A stretch of DNA of 64,000 nucleotides, from contig CAWCLU010000001.1 of the NCBI GenBank assembly GCA_963796495.1, positions 1,470,631-1,534,630 of the forward strand, in the 5' to 3' direction. The DNA is from an uncultured Acidobacteriota bacterium. GTDB lineage: Bacteria; Acidobacteriota; Terriglobia; Acidiferrales; UBA7541. The translations under genes and the position numbers were made by a program. The notes under the pieces were generated by a model. The model had not been told where the DNA came from, searched no databases, and saw only the letters and a program-made list of their open reading frames with translations. The stretch's first letter is position 1. The number at the start of each line of letters is the position of its first letter. Below, in pieces: positions 38,521 through 48,748 of the stretch.

Positions 38521-40430
38521 ATGAAACGATGGTCATTGCTTCTGGGCGCGGTAGCTCTCGTCGCGTCCGTGTCTTGCTTCGGTCAGACGGATGTGAAGGG
38601 CGCAGCCGGCGCCGTTGCGCTAACGGTGCGATTACCCAATCCGAAGCAAAAGATTCTATATGTGCATGAGGTGATGCCGGTCAGGCCGGGGCCGCTGACG
38701 CTTTACTACCCGAAATACATTCCCGGTGATCACTCGCCGGACGGGCCGATCGGCACAATGATGGGTCTGGAAATCACGGCCGGCGGCAAACGGATCGCAT
38801 GGCTCCGTGACGAAGTGGACATGTTCACGTTTCATTTGACCGTGCCGGCGGGCGTCGACCGGATCGATATCCGCTTCCAGTTCCCGGCACGTGACCGGGT
38901 CACACCGCATCTCATGGGTCTCGAGTGGAATACATGTGGCGCTGTACCAGGCCGGTTATCCGACCAAGGTGCAGATCGTATCGAACCGACACTGGTGATC
39001 CCCGCCAGCTGGCGCTATGCGAGTGCGCTGACGACAGAAGAACGCAGCGGCGGGCGCATCACGTTCAAGCCCGTACCGTTCAACACGCTGGTCGATTCAC
39101 CGGTGATTGCCGGGAAATATTTCCGGGAGATTGATCTCACCCCAGCCGGCTCGTCGGTGCATCGTTATCTCGATATGGTCGGGCGATGACGCGGCGGCAC
39201 TGGATATTTCCGATGCCCAAGTCGCCGATTATCGTCATCTGGTCGAGCAGGCACAGGCACTGTTTCACTCGCATCACTACGGCGACTATCACTTCCTTCT
39301 GACGTTGAGCGACTACGTCTCGACGGGTGGTCTGGAGCACCACCAGTCGAGTGATGACCGCGCGCGCAGCGGCGCGAAGATGTTTGCCGACGCCGACCAT
39401 TTCATGCTCGATGCCTCGCTGTTGCCGCATGAATACACACACTCATGGAACGGCAAATTCATGCGTCCGGCAGAACTGTGGCAGCCCGACTTCGAGCGTC
39501 CCGAACATACGCAGATGGTGTGGGTGTATGAGGGCCTCACGGTCTACCTCGGCGACATGTTGACGGCGCGAAGCGGGTTGTGGTCGCCGGATACCTGGCG
39601 TCAGGTGGTCGCCTACCGGGCGGCGGTACATGGCGCACCAAACCGGTCGCGAGTGGCGGCCGCTGATCGACACCACCGCCGCCGCGCAGTTGCTCTACGG
39701 CTCGCCGAGCGCATGGTCGAACTGGCGCCGGCAAACCGATTTTTATCGTGAAGGCCAACTGCTGTGGCTCGCCGTCGACATGAAGATCCGCACGTTAAGC
39801 CACGATCGGCATTCGATTGACGATTTTGCCCGGCAATTTTTCGGCGTCGACAACGGCAGTTTCATGACCCATACCTACACCTTCAACGATGTCGTCGCCG
39901 CGCTCAATGCGGTCCAGCCGTATGACTGGGCGAGCTTCCTGCACAACTGGCTGTACGGCGTGGGCCAACAGGTTCCGCTGCTGTCCGGCATCGACGCCAG
40001 CGGTTGGCGTTTGGTCTATTCCGATCAGCCTTCGCGGTACCAGAAGGCGCTCGAGAACGTCGGCGAGGGTGAACTCAGCAGAAAAGGTGTCAACGCAATG
40101 TTCTCGGTGGGCTTGTTCCTCGATCGGCAAGGCAAGGTCGAGGACGTGTTATGGAACGGACCGGCTTTCAAGGCCGGGCTCGCGCCGGGCATGAAGCTCG
40201 TGGCCATCGACGGCCACCCGTACAGCACCGGCGTGTTGCGAAGCGAAATCGCCCAGGCGCAGAAGAGCAGGAAGCCGTTGCAGATAATCGCGAAGGGCGA
40301 CGGCGTCACCGCGCTCTACACGGTCTATTACGACGGTGGACTGAGGTACCCGCATCTTGTCCGCGTGCCGGGCACGACCGATTACCTGCAGCAGATCCTC
40401 GCACCAAAGCCGTTGGACAATGGCTCGTAA
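38521..40430 (+). pseudogene. M61-family glycyl aminopeptidase with C-terminal PDZ domain, multiple frameshifts
   Basis: Three overlapping ORFs (38521..39189, 39107..39751, 39630..40430) together give signal peptide, M61 N-domain, zinc site HEYTHSWNGK and PDZ (GLAPGMKLVAIDG). Frame breaks near 39181..39185 and 39628..39630. A probable compensated pair lies near 38932 and 38982. Confidence 0.8.
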
Positions 40431-40510
40431 AGCTTCCTGGGTCTCGGCGGTGTGATAAGCGTGTTCGAACAGCAATCCCGGTTGAAAACCCGAGCGAAGG
40501 AGGTTGCGCC

Positions 40511-40909
40511 GTGTTTCCTCAGCTTGGCCAATTCAATGACCTCGCCCTGCTGATCCTGCGTGTGATGGTGGCAGCGGTCTTCATCGACAGCGGGTGGAAG
40601 CACGTGAGGGATCCGGAGGCGCGCGGCAAGAGCATCGGGATGAGCAAGTCGGCCACGGCGGTGGTGGGCGCGGCGGAAATTCTGGGCGGTCTGGGCGTCT
40701 TGTTCGGGGTGCTGACGCAACTGGCTGCGATCGGACTGATCCTCGTGATGCTTGGCGCGATCCAGAAAAAGATATTTGTCTGGCACACGGGCTTTTGGGG
40801 CAAGGTGGGCCAGGGCTGGCATTACGACTTGATGTTCGTGGTGATGAACCTGGTGATTCTCACAAGCAACGGTGGAGCATACGTCCTGCTTAAAGGGAGC
40901 GGCTGGTGA
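40511..40909 (+). CDS. DoxX-family membrane protein
   Basis: ORF 40151..40909. GTG 40511 is preceded by AGGAGG. Four TM segments with LALLILRVMVAAVFIDSGWKH ... EILGGLGVLFG, typical of DoxX. Confidence 0.75.
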   Translation: MFPQLGQFNDLALLILRVMVAAVFIDSGWKHVRDPEARGKSIGMSKSATAVVGAAEILGGLGVLFGVLTQLAAIGLILVMLGAIQKKIFVWHTGFWGKVGQGWHYDLMFVVMNLVILTSNGGAYVLLKGSGW

Positions 40910-40956
40910 GTCGCGCCCGCCGGTCGCCCTGCCGGCGTGGGGACTGACGCTGCTCT

Positions 40957-40987
40957 CACCGCAGAGGCGCGGAGGACGCTGAGAAAG
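40957..40987 (+). repeat. REP family D copy
   Basis: CACCGCAGAGGCGCGGAGGACGCTGAGAAAG, between DoxX and the M48 gene. Confidence 0.7.
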
Positions 40988-41009
40988 GATTGAGAAGCGG
41001 CAGACGGAG

Positions 41010-41894
41010 CTATTGTGGCTGCGGGGTTTGCTTTTTGGGCGGGGGTGGGAGTTTGTCGACGTATTTCTGGATTTCGTGGAACTCGCGGGAATCTTCCTTG
41101 TAGCCGGATTCGGGGCCGCCGAGATTGTTGACTTCCTCCATCACTCGTTCGACGCGATGCTCGGGATTCGGGTGGTTGCTGAAAAATTCGATTGGCTGGG
41201 ATTTGCTTTTCGCTTCGATCATCTCGAAGAAGCGGGCCAGGGCGCGGGGATCGTATCCGGAATCGTAGAGAATCTGGGTACCCAGAACGTCGGCCTGGGT
41301 TTCGTCCTCGCGGGAATATTTCAGGAAGACGGAGTTCATCACGAAGCCGGTGGTCATCTGGACGATCGAGGAGCCGAGAGAAGAATTGTTGCCGAGCCAG
41401 CCGCTGAGCAGCGCCGCGGGAATTTCGGCCACATAGGCCTTCGACGCCTGGCTGGTGCCGTGCCGCAGGGCAACGTGGGCCGTTTCGTGGGCCATCACGC
41501 CGGCCAGCTCGGATTCGCTCGAAGCGGCCTCGATCACGCCGCGATCGATGTAGATGGAGCCGCCGGGCAGCGCGAAGGCGTTGATCGCCGCGCTGTTCAC
41601 GCAGCGGTACTCGTAGGGATATTTGTAGCCGGGCGCGTGAGCGGCCAGGCGCTGGCCGAGTTGGTTCAGATACTTGTCGACGCGGGGATCATCGAGCAGC
41701 GTCATCTGTTTGGGAACTTCGGCGGCGAGGCGCTTGCCAATCTGGATGTCCTGGTCGGGCGAAAAAAGGTCCCAGCCGGGCTGCAGGCGGGTGCGGTCGG
41801 CGGAAACGGCCGGGGCAAGGCTTATGGCGAGCGAGGCCGCAAGCGCCAGCGCGCCGGCGAGCAGCACCTTCGCCAAGCTCCTGCCCATCACCAT
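41010..41894 (-). CDS. M48-family zinc metallopeptidase, secreted
   Basis: 294 aa with a signal peptide. Segments INAFALPGGSIYIDRG and the zinc site MAHETAHVALRH. Confidence 0.88.
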   Translation of the reverse strand: MVMGRSLAKVLLAGALALAASLAISLAPAVSADRTRLQPGWDLFSPDQDIQIGKRLAAEVPKQMTLLDDPRVDKYLNQLGQRLAAHAPGYKYPYEYRCVNSAAINAFALPGGSIYIDRGVIEAASSESELAGVMAHETAHVALRHGTSQASKAYVAEIPAALLSGWLGNNSSLGSSIVQMTTGFVMNSVFLKYSREDETQADVLGTQILYDSGYDPRALARFFEMIEAKSKSQPIEFFSNHPNPEHRVERVMEEVNNLGGPESGYKEDSREFHEIQKYVDKLPPPPKKQTPQPQ

Positions 41895-42133
41895 CCGATC
41901 TTCTCCCGGATCGAGTCGCGAGCCTCAGGCTGTCCTGCTAGCGCCGACTCCGGCAGCCGGGGCAAGGCGGACCCGTGCGGTTGTATAGGGAAATTCTAGC
42001 AGATGGAGGGCGGCGCAACGCCCGGCCCTCGCCAGGCAACCGGGACGAACGCCGCGGAGCCGGATTCCGGCGAACACATCACGACTCCCGGCTCATGTAA
42101 CGAAGCGTATCGCTCGCGGGCCGCGCCGCCGCC

Positions 42134-43343
42134 TCAGGTTTCGTCGTGAGACTGGGGGCTGGGCGTGTGGCAGACGACCGGCGTGGATTTCGCCACCGCG
42201 ACGGCGGGAAGCTCCACCGGACGGCCATGGCCCGCAGTGTCGATTTCCTCCGTCAATGGCGCCGGGACGGCGGGAATCGGCACCAGGGCGCCCTCACCTT
42301 CCTTCCAGAAATCCAGGTGGCCGTCGCACGAGCCGGCAACCGACTGGTCGACGCGGACGATGTCGCCGGTCGCGATCTGGCCGGTAGCGAGAGGTTCGCC
42401 AACGGATAGACCACGATGCGCTCGATGGCGCGCTTCAGGTGGCGCGCTCCGAAGCGGATGTCGGTGCCTTCGCGCAGCAGGAAGTCGCGCGCCGCCGCGG
42501 TGACGCGGAAGACGAAGGGGCGGCTGCCACCTCCGGCGCCGTGGCGAGTATGCGCTCCTGCAGCCGGCGCAGCTCGATATCGAGAACCTTCTCCAGCTGT
42601 TCTGGCTGGAGCGCGCGGAACACGATGACCTTGTCGATGCGGTTCAGGAATTCGGGCGAGAACTTCCGCCGCGCCGCCTCCGTGGCCGCGCGATAGATCT
42701 TCGGTATCGAGTTCGTCCTCGTCTCGGTTGCTCGGGCTGGAAAAATCCCAGGCCGCCGGTCATCAGCTTGGTGACCTCGATGGAGCCGAGGTTCGAGGTC
42801 ATGAAGATCATGGCCTGGGAGAGATCCACGCGGCGGTTGTCGCCCAGCGTCAGCGTGGCCTTGTCGAGAATGCCGAGCAGGAGCTGCCAGAGAGCGTCGG
42901 AAGCCTTCTCGATCTCGTCGAAGAGCACGAGCGAGAGCTTGAGGTTGTCGCGATAATGCTGCGTCGAGCGACTCCTGCGTGATCAGCGGATGAGTCTCGC
43001 GGTGGCCGAGGTAGCCCGGAGGGGAGCCGATCAGCTTGGCGATCTCGTGGCAGTGCTGGAATTCGGCGCAATCCACCTTGAGGACGGCGCGCGGATCGCC
43101 GAAAAGCACCTCCGCGGTGGCTTCCACGATGCGCGTCTTGCCCGAACCGGTCGGCCCGAGGAACAGCAGGTTGCCGATCGGCCGGCCCGGCACGTTCATT
43201 CCGGCGCGGAACACCTGATACAGGTCGACAACGGCCTGGACGCCTTCTTCCTGGCCGACGATCGACCGCCGCAGAGCAAGGGCGAACTCCGCCGCCTCGG
43301 CGCTGCGCCGGGTAGGATCCAGTCTTTCCACCATGGTTGCCAC
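42134..43343 (-). pseudogene. stand-alone ClpA/ClpB-D2-like AAA+ ATPase, at least four frameshifts
   Basis: Pieces in three frames: IVGQEEGVQAVV..LLFLGPTGSGKT (Walker A) ... VLFDEIEKAS (Walker B) ... MIFMTSNLG (sensor-1) ... FSPEFLNRIDKVIVFRAL ... IRFGARHLKRAIERIVVYPLANL ... ATGQIATGDIVRVD. Breaks near 42955, 42720, 42535 and 42400. Confidence 0.75.
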
Positions 43344-43358
43344 GGTGCCTCCTCCGTG

Positions 43359-43784
43359 CTAGGGCCTTCTTGCGCCCGGGACCAGTGAAGCATGGTCAAA
43401 CTGCCGAAGTTTGATTTCCACCGTGGATCGCAACAATTTGAGCAAGGCGACCAGTTCCGAAGTCGCCTCCGGCCCGGCACCCCAGCCCAGCCATTGGGGA
43501 GCCAAGTCGGCAAGTTCCAGATTCATCTTGCGCAAGTGTTCAACCAACCGCTTCACGTAGTTGGAATCGGTCACCAAAAGGTCAACGCGGTTATCGAGCC
43601 GCTTTCGCAACTCGTTCCAATTGAGCTCGAGCAGGGGGTAGTCGCGGCGCACCTTGCGAATAACGTTATCCGTAAGGCGCGGGCGGTCGCCGAGGCAGGC
43701 CAGATGCAACTGCTTCACCTTACCGCGGCGGCGGATGTTGTGGACCAAGTAGTACGCGTTCCCTCGTCGGCGAAGAAAAGCCAC
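43359..43784 (-). CDS. hypothetical protein, upstream partner of the AAA+ gene
   Basis: 141 aa (MAFLRRRGNAYYLVHNIRRRGKVKQLHLACLG...). It ends 15 bp before the ATPase start. Lower GC. No recognised domain. Confidence 0.55.
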   Translation of the reverse strand: MAFLRRRGNAYYLVHNIRRRGKVKQLHLACLGDRPRLTDNVIRKVRRDYPLLELNWNELRKRLDNRVDLLVTDSNYVKRLVEHLRKMNLELADLAPQWLGWGAGPEATSELVALLKLLRSTVEIKLRQFDHASLVPGARRP

Positions 43785-44083
43785 GATGGAGCTCCGAAAA
43801 ACGGTGTAGTGTAGGGCACATCCACTACAGGGTCAAGAAAAAGTGCGCGGGAACCGTGGAGGGTGAATCCAAATGGTAACGCTGCGGTGTCTCGCTCGCG
43901 ACGCCCGCCTGCCCTTGCAGAACGCCGCCCCCTCGAGCATCCTCAAACCTGACCCTTGGCCTTTCGGGCCATTCCACCTCATTAGATGAGGTGAGAGGCA
44001 CCCTTGGTTTCAGAACCTACGCCGGCGGGCGCGCTCGCGGCGGAAAACAGGATTTCGGGTGGCCCCAGCCGTTCAGGACGGCT

Positions 44084-44278
44084 ATGATGAACGGTCAAGA
44101 GGAGTTCCGGCAGTTGGCAGGCAGGCTCCGCGAAGGTTTCCCCGACCCGGCCGGGGAGCCGCCCCGATCGTGGGCGGGCAAGGATTCCGTGGGCGCCAGG
44201 CGCGTTCGAAGCGGAATCGCCGGACTTGCAGAAAGCATTTTCAGCGGTGATTTCTGGATCGTGCGGGAGCATTCGTGA
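44084..44278 (+). CDS. small hypothetical protein possibly coupled to the ABC ATPase
   Basis: Internal ATG of ORF 43991..44278 (MMNGQEEFRQLAGRLREGF...). Its TGA overlaps the GTG start of the next gene (GTGA). Confidence 0.25.
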   Translation: MMNGQEEFRQLAGRLREGFPDPAGEPPRSWAGKDSVGARRVRSGIAGLAESIFSGDFWIVREHS

Positions 44279-45194
44279 GTGAAGCCATCATAAAAGTGGT
44301 CAATCTGGTGAAAAGCTACGGCGCGGTGCAGGCGGTCCGCGGCGTCAGCTTCGAGGTAGGCGAAGGGGAAGTTTTCGGTCTGCTGGGGCCAAACGGGGCC
44401 GGCAAGACCTCGACGGTGGAGATTCTGGAGGGGCTGCGGCGGCCGGACAGCGGAAAAGTGACGGTCTGCGAGCTCGATCCCGAGCGGGACAGCGCCGAGT
44501 TGAAGCAGAAGGTTGGCGCCGTTCTGCAGCTCACTTCCCTGCCCGACAAGATACGGGTGGAAGAGGCGCTCAACCTGTTTACCGGCTTCTACCGGAAGAG
44601 AAGCAATCCGGAGACGCTGCTCGAACGCTTCCAGCTCACCGAGAAGCGGCGAGCCTTCTATCACCAGCTCAGCGGCGGCCAGAAGCAGCGTTTGGCCCTG
44701 GCCATGGCGCTGGTCAACGACCCGCAGGTGTTGTTCCTGGACGAGCCGACGGCGGGCTCGATCCGCAGGTGCGGCGGGAGATCTATTCCATCATCGACGA
44801 GCTGCGTCAGGAGAAGAAAACGATTTTGCTGACCACACATTACATCGAGGAAGCCGAGCGGCTCTGCGACCGGGTCGCGATCATCGACCACGGGCAGGTG
44901 ATCGCGCTCGGCACGCCGCGCGAGTTGAAGAACCGCTCGGCCGGAACGACGCGCATCGAGGTGCGCCTGGCTCGTTCGGAGCCTGATGGCACGCTTCGAA
45001 ATCTCGACGCCGTCGCGGACCTGTACGAATTCGACGGCACTTACGTGCTCCACTCCACCCGGGTTCCCTCGACCATCGTTTCTCTGGTGAAGCATCTCGA
45101 AAGCGAGGGAAACGAGCTGCAGGGCCTGGAAATCGCGACGCCGACGCTCGAGGATGTGTTCATCGAGCTGACCGGCCGGCGGCTGAGGGAGTAG
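44275..45194 (+). pseudogene. ABC transporter ATP-binding protein (ABC-2/DrrA-like), -1 frameshift at GGG 44754..44756
   Basis: ORFs 44275..44832 and 44769..45194. Walker A GPNGAGKT, signature LSGGQKQRLALAMAL, Walker B LFLDEPTAG. Adding one G restores ..LDPQVRREIYSIIDELR.. and the H-loop LLTTHY. Confidence 0.82.
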
Positions 45195-45198
45195 CGCG

Positions 45199-46086
45199 AT
45201 GACGGCAACCATGGCACTTACCGGCGTTCGCATGCGGCTGGCCCTGCGCAACCGCGCCTTCATCTTCTTCACCGTCGTCATGCCGATCGCTTTCCTCTTC
45301 GGCTTCTTCCTGATTTTCGGACGTGGCGGGCCGCTGGCGATTACCTACCTGCTCGCCGTGGTGCTGGCGCTTTCGGTGATGGGCAGCTTCTGGGGCCTCA
45401 GCATGCAGCTGGTCTCATTTCGCGAGCAAGGGATTCTGCGGCGATTCCGGCTGACGCCGATCGGCGCCGGTCCGCTGCTCGCCTCGAGCATCTTTTCGAA
45501 CTACATGCTGACGCTGCCGACGATCGTGATCGAGTTCCTGGCGGCGTGGTGGCTGTTCGGCATGAAGCAGTGGGGCAACATGTTGAGCATCGTCCTGCTG
45601 CTGACGATTGGCTCGGCGGCGTTTTCGGCGCTGGGGCTGATCGTGGCGAGCGTCACGAACTCGATGCAGGAAACCCAGGCCATTAATAACGTGCTCTGGT
45701 CGGTTTTCTTCTTCCTTTCCGGAGCGACGATTCCGCTGCCGGTATTTCCGCTCTGGATTCAGCATGCGGCGTTCTACCTGCCGGCGACGTATCTGGTGAG
45801 CGGGCTGGAACGGGCGATGGTGCTGGGAACGGGCGTGGCGGGCGTGGCCGGGGACCTGTTGGCGCTCGCGGCCTCGGTTCTCGTGGCGTTCGAGGTTTCG
45901 CGGCGGCTGTTCCGCTGGGAGCCGGAAGAGAAGGTGTCGTCGCGAGCGAAAGTGTGGGTGCTCGTCGCGGTCATCCCGTTCCTGCTGCTTGGCGCGATCG
46001 AGAGCCATTCGAAGACGCAGGTCACCCAGATGCAGCAGATTTTCCACGCGATCGCGCCGCACGGACTGTCGTTCACGGGCAAGTGA
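45199..46086 (+). CDS. ABC-2 type transporter permease
   Basis: 295 aa with six predicted TM segments, directly downstream of the ATPase. Confidence 0.8.
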   Translation: MTATMALTGVRMRLALRNRAFIFFTVVMPIAFLFGFFLIFGRGGPLAITYLLAVVLALSVMGSFWGLSMQLVSFREQGILRRFRLTPIGAGPLLASSIFSNYMLTLPTIVIEFLAAWWLFGMKQWGNMLSIVLLLTIGSAAFSALGLIVASVTNSMQETQAINNVLWSVFFFLSGATIPLPVFPLWIQHAAFYLPATYLVSGLERAMVLGTGVAGVAGDLLALAASVLVAFEVSRRLFRWEPEEKVSSRAKVWVLVAVIPFLLLGAIESHSKTQVTQMQQIFHAIAPHGLSFTGK

Positions 46087-46335
46087 AGTTGCGGCAGTTC
46101 CAGGACGCCAAGAGCCGATGGAATGAGCAATACCGACGATCGAACGGCGGCCGCGGGCGCGGGCCCCTATGCTATAATCGCGACGCGAGCCGGGACACGG
46201 CGCGCGCAGCCCGGGGACGAAAGAGCGTGCACTCCGGAAGCGCCTTCAATACGTTCCAATTTGGCCCTTTTCTTAGAGTTCATTCCCAGCCATCCTGTAC
46301 TTCGGCAGTGAAATTTCCTCAAGCGGAGTGACCCC

Positions 46336-47281
46336 ATGGCAGTGTCGAAAACGGAAAAAATCTGGCACAACGGCAAGATGGTGGCGTGGGATGACGCGCA
46401 GATTCATGTTCTCTCGCACGTAGTGAGCTACGGCTCGGCCGTCTTCGAGGGCATTCGCTGCTACAAGACGCCGCAAGGTCCGGTGGTTTTCCGGCTGCGC
46501 GAGCACATGCAGCGCCTGTGGCGCTCGGCGCACATCTACCGGATGGAGATTCCGTTTTCGCTCGACGATCTGTCGAATGCCGCCCTCGAACTCGTCCGCG
46601 CCAACCACATGGATTCCTGCTACGTGCGCCCGGTCGTCTTACGCGGCTACGGCGAGATGGGCGTGAACCCGTACGGCTGCCCGATCGAGACCTACATGGC
46701 GTGCTGGGAGTGGGGAACGCTACTTGGGCGAGGAAGCGCTGCGGGAGGGAGTCGACGTGTGCGTCAGCTCCTGGCGGCGCCCGGCTCCTGACACGCTGCC
46801 GCAGATGTCGAAAGCCGCGGCCAATTACATGAACTCGCAGCTCATCCGCATGGAGGCGATGGCGAACGGCTACACGGAAGGCATCGCGCTCGACACGCAG
46901 GGTTACGTGGCCGAAGGATCGGGCGAGAACCTCTTCGTCGTTTACGACGGCCGCGTGTGGACGGCCCCGCTGGCCAATTCCGTGCTTCCGGGAATCACCC
47001 GCTCGACCATCCTCACCTTCTGCCAGGACTTCGATATTCCCGTCGTCGAGCAGGCCATGCCTCGCGAAATGCTGTACGTCGCCGACGAACTCTTCTTCTG
47101 CGGCACCGCCGTCGAAGTCACGCCGATCCGTTCGGTGGACAAGGTGAAAGTCGGCGCCGGGCATCGCGGCCCGATCACCGAGCGGCTCCAGAAGGAATTT
47201 TTCGCCACCACCAGCGGCGAAAAACCGGATACGCGCGGCTGGCTGACCCCGGTCAACGCCGCCGTCAGCGCGGGCCGCTAG
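46336..47281 (+). pseudogene. ilvE: branched-chain amino acid aminotransferase, +1 frameshift at G4 run 46712..46715
   Basis: ORFs 46336..46791 and 46724..47281. Segments IWHNGKMVAWDDAQIHVLSHVVSYGSAVFEGIRCY ... YLGEEALREGVDV ... AAANYMNSQL ... GSGENLFVV ... LPGITR. The frame switches inside tggggaacgctac. Confidence 0.85.
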
Positions 47282-47347
47282 GGCCGGTGCGCTGAAGAGG
47301 GGACCCGCGCCTCGCTGCCCTGACGTCCTAGGCAGGTTCAAGTCCGA

Positions 47348-47447
47348 GTAGCACAGGCATTCCTGCCTGTGCGGTTTCTGGTCCGATGTGAATCGGGGAC
47401 GCGGCCGCAGCATCACACGGGCGCACAGGCAGGAATGCCTGTGCTAC
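47348..47447. repeat. inverted pair of REP family A units
   Basis: GTAGCACAGGCATTCCTGCCTGTGCGG (47348..47374) and its reverse complement GCGCACAGGCAGGAATGCCTGTGCTAC (47421..47447), separated by 46 bp. Confidence 0.75.
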
Positions 47448-47820
47448 CCCAATCCCAAGCGCGGCGTCGCTCCCAGTGACGCGGGCACTCTTGCCCGCGC
47501 GATCGTGTCCCGCCAGAGCAAGAGCTTCCAGTCATCAAATTTTTCTCAGGATTCATTCGTCACTCCGAGCGAGACGGGGATGCGGTGCGTCTTGCCGAGT
47601 TCTCGAGAAAGGCTGGCGGGCTGAAGCCCGCCGCTACACGACTTTTCCCCGTGCTTCCGCCAGATTCCTTGCGAGACTTCACGATCAGGGCGATTGTGCC
47701 CCGGTCGGCGTCATTATCCAGACTCTGAGGGCTGGGAGCACTGATGAGGGCCGATCTTCTCTTTTGACGCGTTCGGTCGCGATTGACTACAATCCCGGCG
47801 CTCGGGAAAATGATCGCGCC

Positions 47821-48507
47821 GTGCGCCGCGCCGCCCAACAACTCGCCATCGAATTTGCCGGCACCTTCCTCGTCGTCTTTTTCGCCGCCGGGGCGCTGGC
47901 CGTCGATCCGTGGCTGAAGACCGCCGGCGAGCCGGTGCTGGGCACGCTCGGCGCGGCGCTCGCCTATGGCCTCGCGGTCGCGGCGATGACGGAAATTGCC
48001 GGGCCGGTTTCGGGCGGCCATCTGAATCCGGCCATCTCGCTGGGCTCGTGGGCGACGCGAAAGATGGGGATGTGGCGGCTGCTAGGCTACGTGCTGGCGC
48101 AACTTGCCGGCGGCCTGGCCGCCGCGCACGCACTCACCGCCGTCATGCCGGAAGCAGCGTGGCAGGCGGCCGGACTCGGCACGCCGGCGCTGGCTTCGAG
48201 TCTCACGCGGGCGCAGGGGATGACGCTCGAAGCCATTCTGACCTTCGCCGTATCGCTGGTTTTCTTCCGCACGACCGCCGTTTCGGGCCGGGCTTCGGGA
48301 TGGGCCGTTGGGGCCGCGGTGGCCGCGGCGGCGCTTGTGGCGCTACCGGTCACGGGCGCTGCGCTGAATCCGGCGCGGGCCTTCGGGCCGGCTCTGGTGT
48401 CCAGGCAGTGGGCCAATCACGGCGTCTGGTGGGTGGGGCCGCTGGTTGGCGGCGTGCTTGGCGCGTGGCTCAGCAGCGCGCTGGGCTCGGCTGAGCGCTC
48501 TTCCTAG
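47821..48507 (+). CDS. MIP/aquaporin-family channel
   Basis: ORF 47476..48507. The GTG 47821 start is tentative. Two NPA boxes (GGHLNPAIS and GAALNPARA) and six TM segments. Confidence 0.82.
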   Translation: MRRAAQQLAIEFAGTFLVVFFAAGALAVDPWLKTAGEPVLGTLGAALAYGLAVAAMTEIAGPVSGGHLNPAISLGSWATRKMGMWRLLGYVLAQLAGGLAAAHALTAVMPEAAWQAAGLGTPALASSLTRAQGMTLEAILTFAVSLVFFRTTAVSGRASGWAVGAAVAAAALVALPVTGAALNPARAFGPALVSRQWANHGVWWVGPLVGGVLGAWLSSALGSAERSS

Positions 48508-48520
48508 AACAGGAAATATC

Positions 48521-48549
48521 GGTGGCACAGGCTTTCCTGCTTGTGCGCC
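48521..48549. repeat. REP family A unit
   Basis: GGTGGCACAGGCTTTCCTGCTTGTGCGCC. Confidence 0.6.
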
Positions 48550-48567
48550 ATTTCTCTCGAGCCATCG

Positions 48568-48621
48568 GAGACTAAAGCCCCTCTCATCACGCAGGATTGA
48601 TGTCGCGGCTGAAGGCGCGAC
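48568..48621 (+). repeat. REP family F
   Basis: GAGACTAAAGCCCCTCTCATCACGCAGGATTGATGTCGCGGCTGAAGGCGCGAC. Confidence 0.7.
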
Positions 48622-48748
48622 CCCCGAAGTCCTACCCATTTTTCCGCAACTTGTGAAGCCGGACCCTCACGAAGCAGGCGTCACCACGGAGACGCCCTCT
48701 GCTGTGTGTTTTGCGCACGTCGAAAAACGTTGCTGCCGGCTGCGCCGG

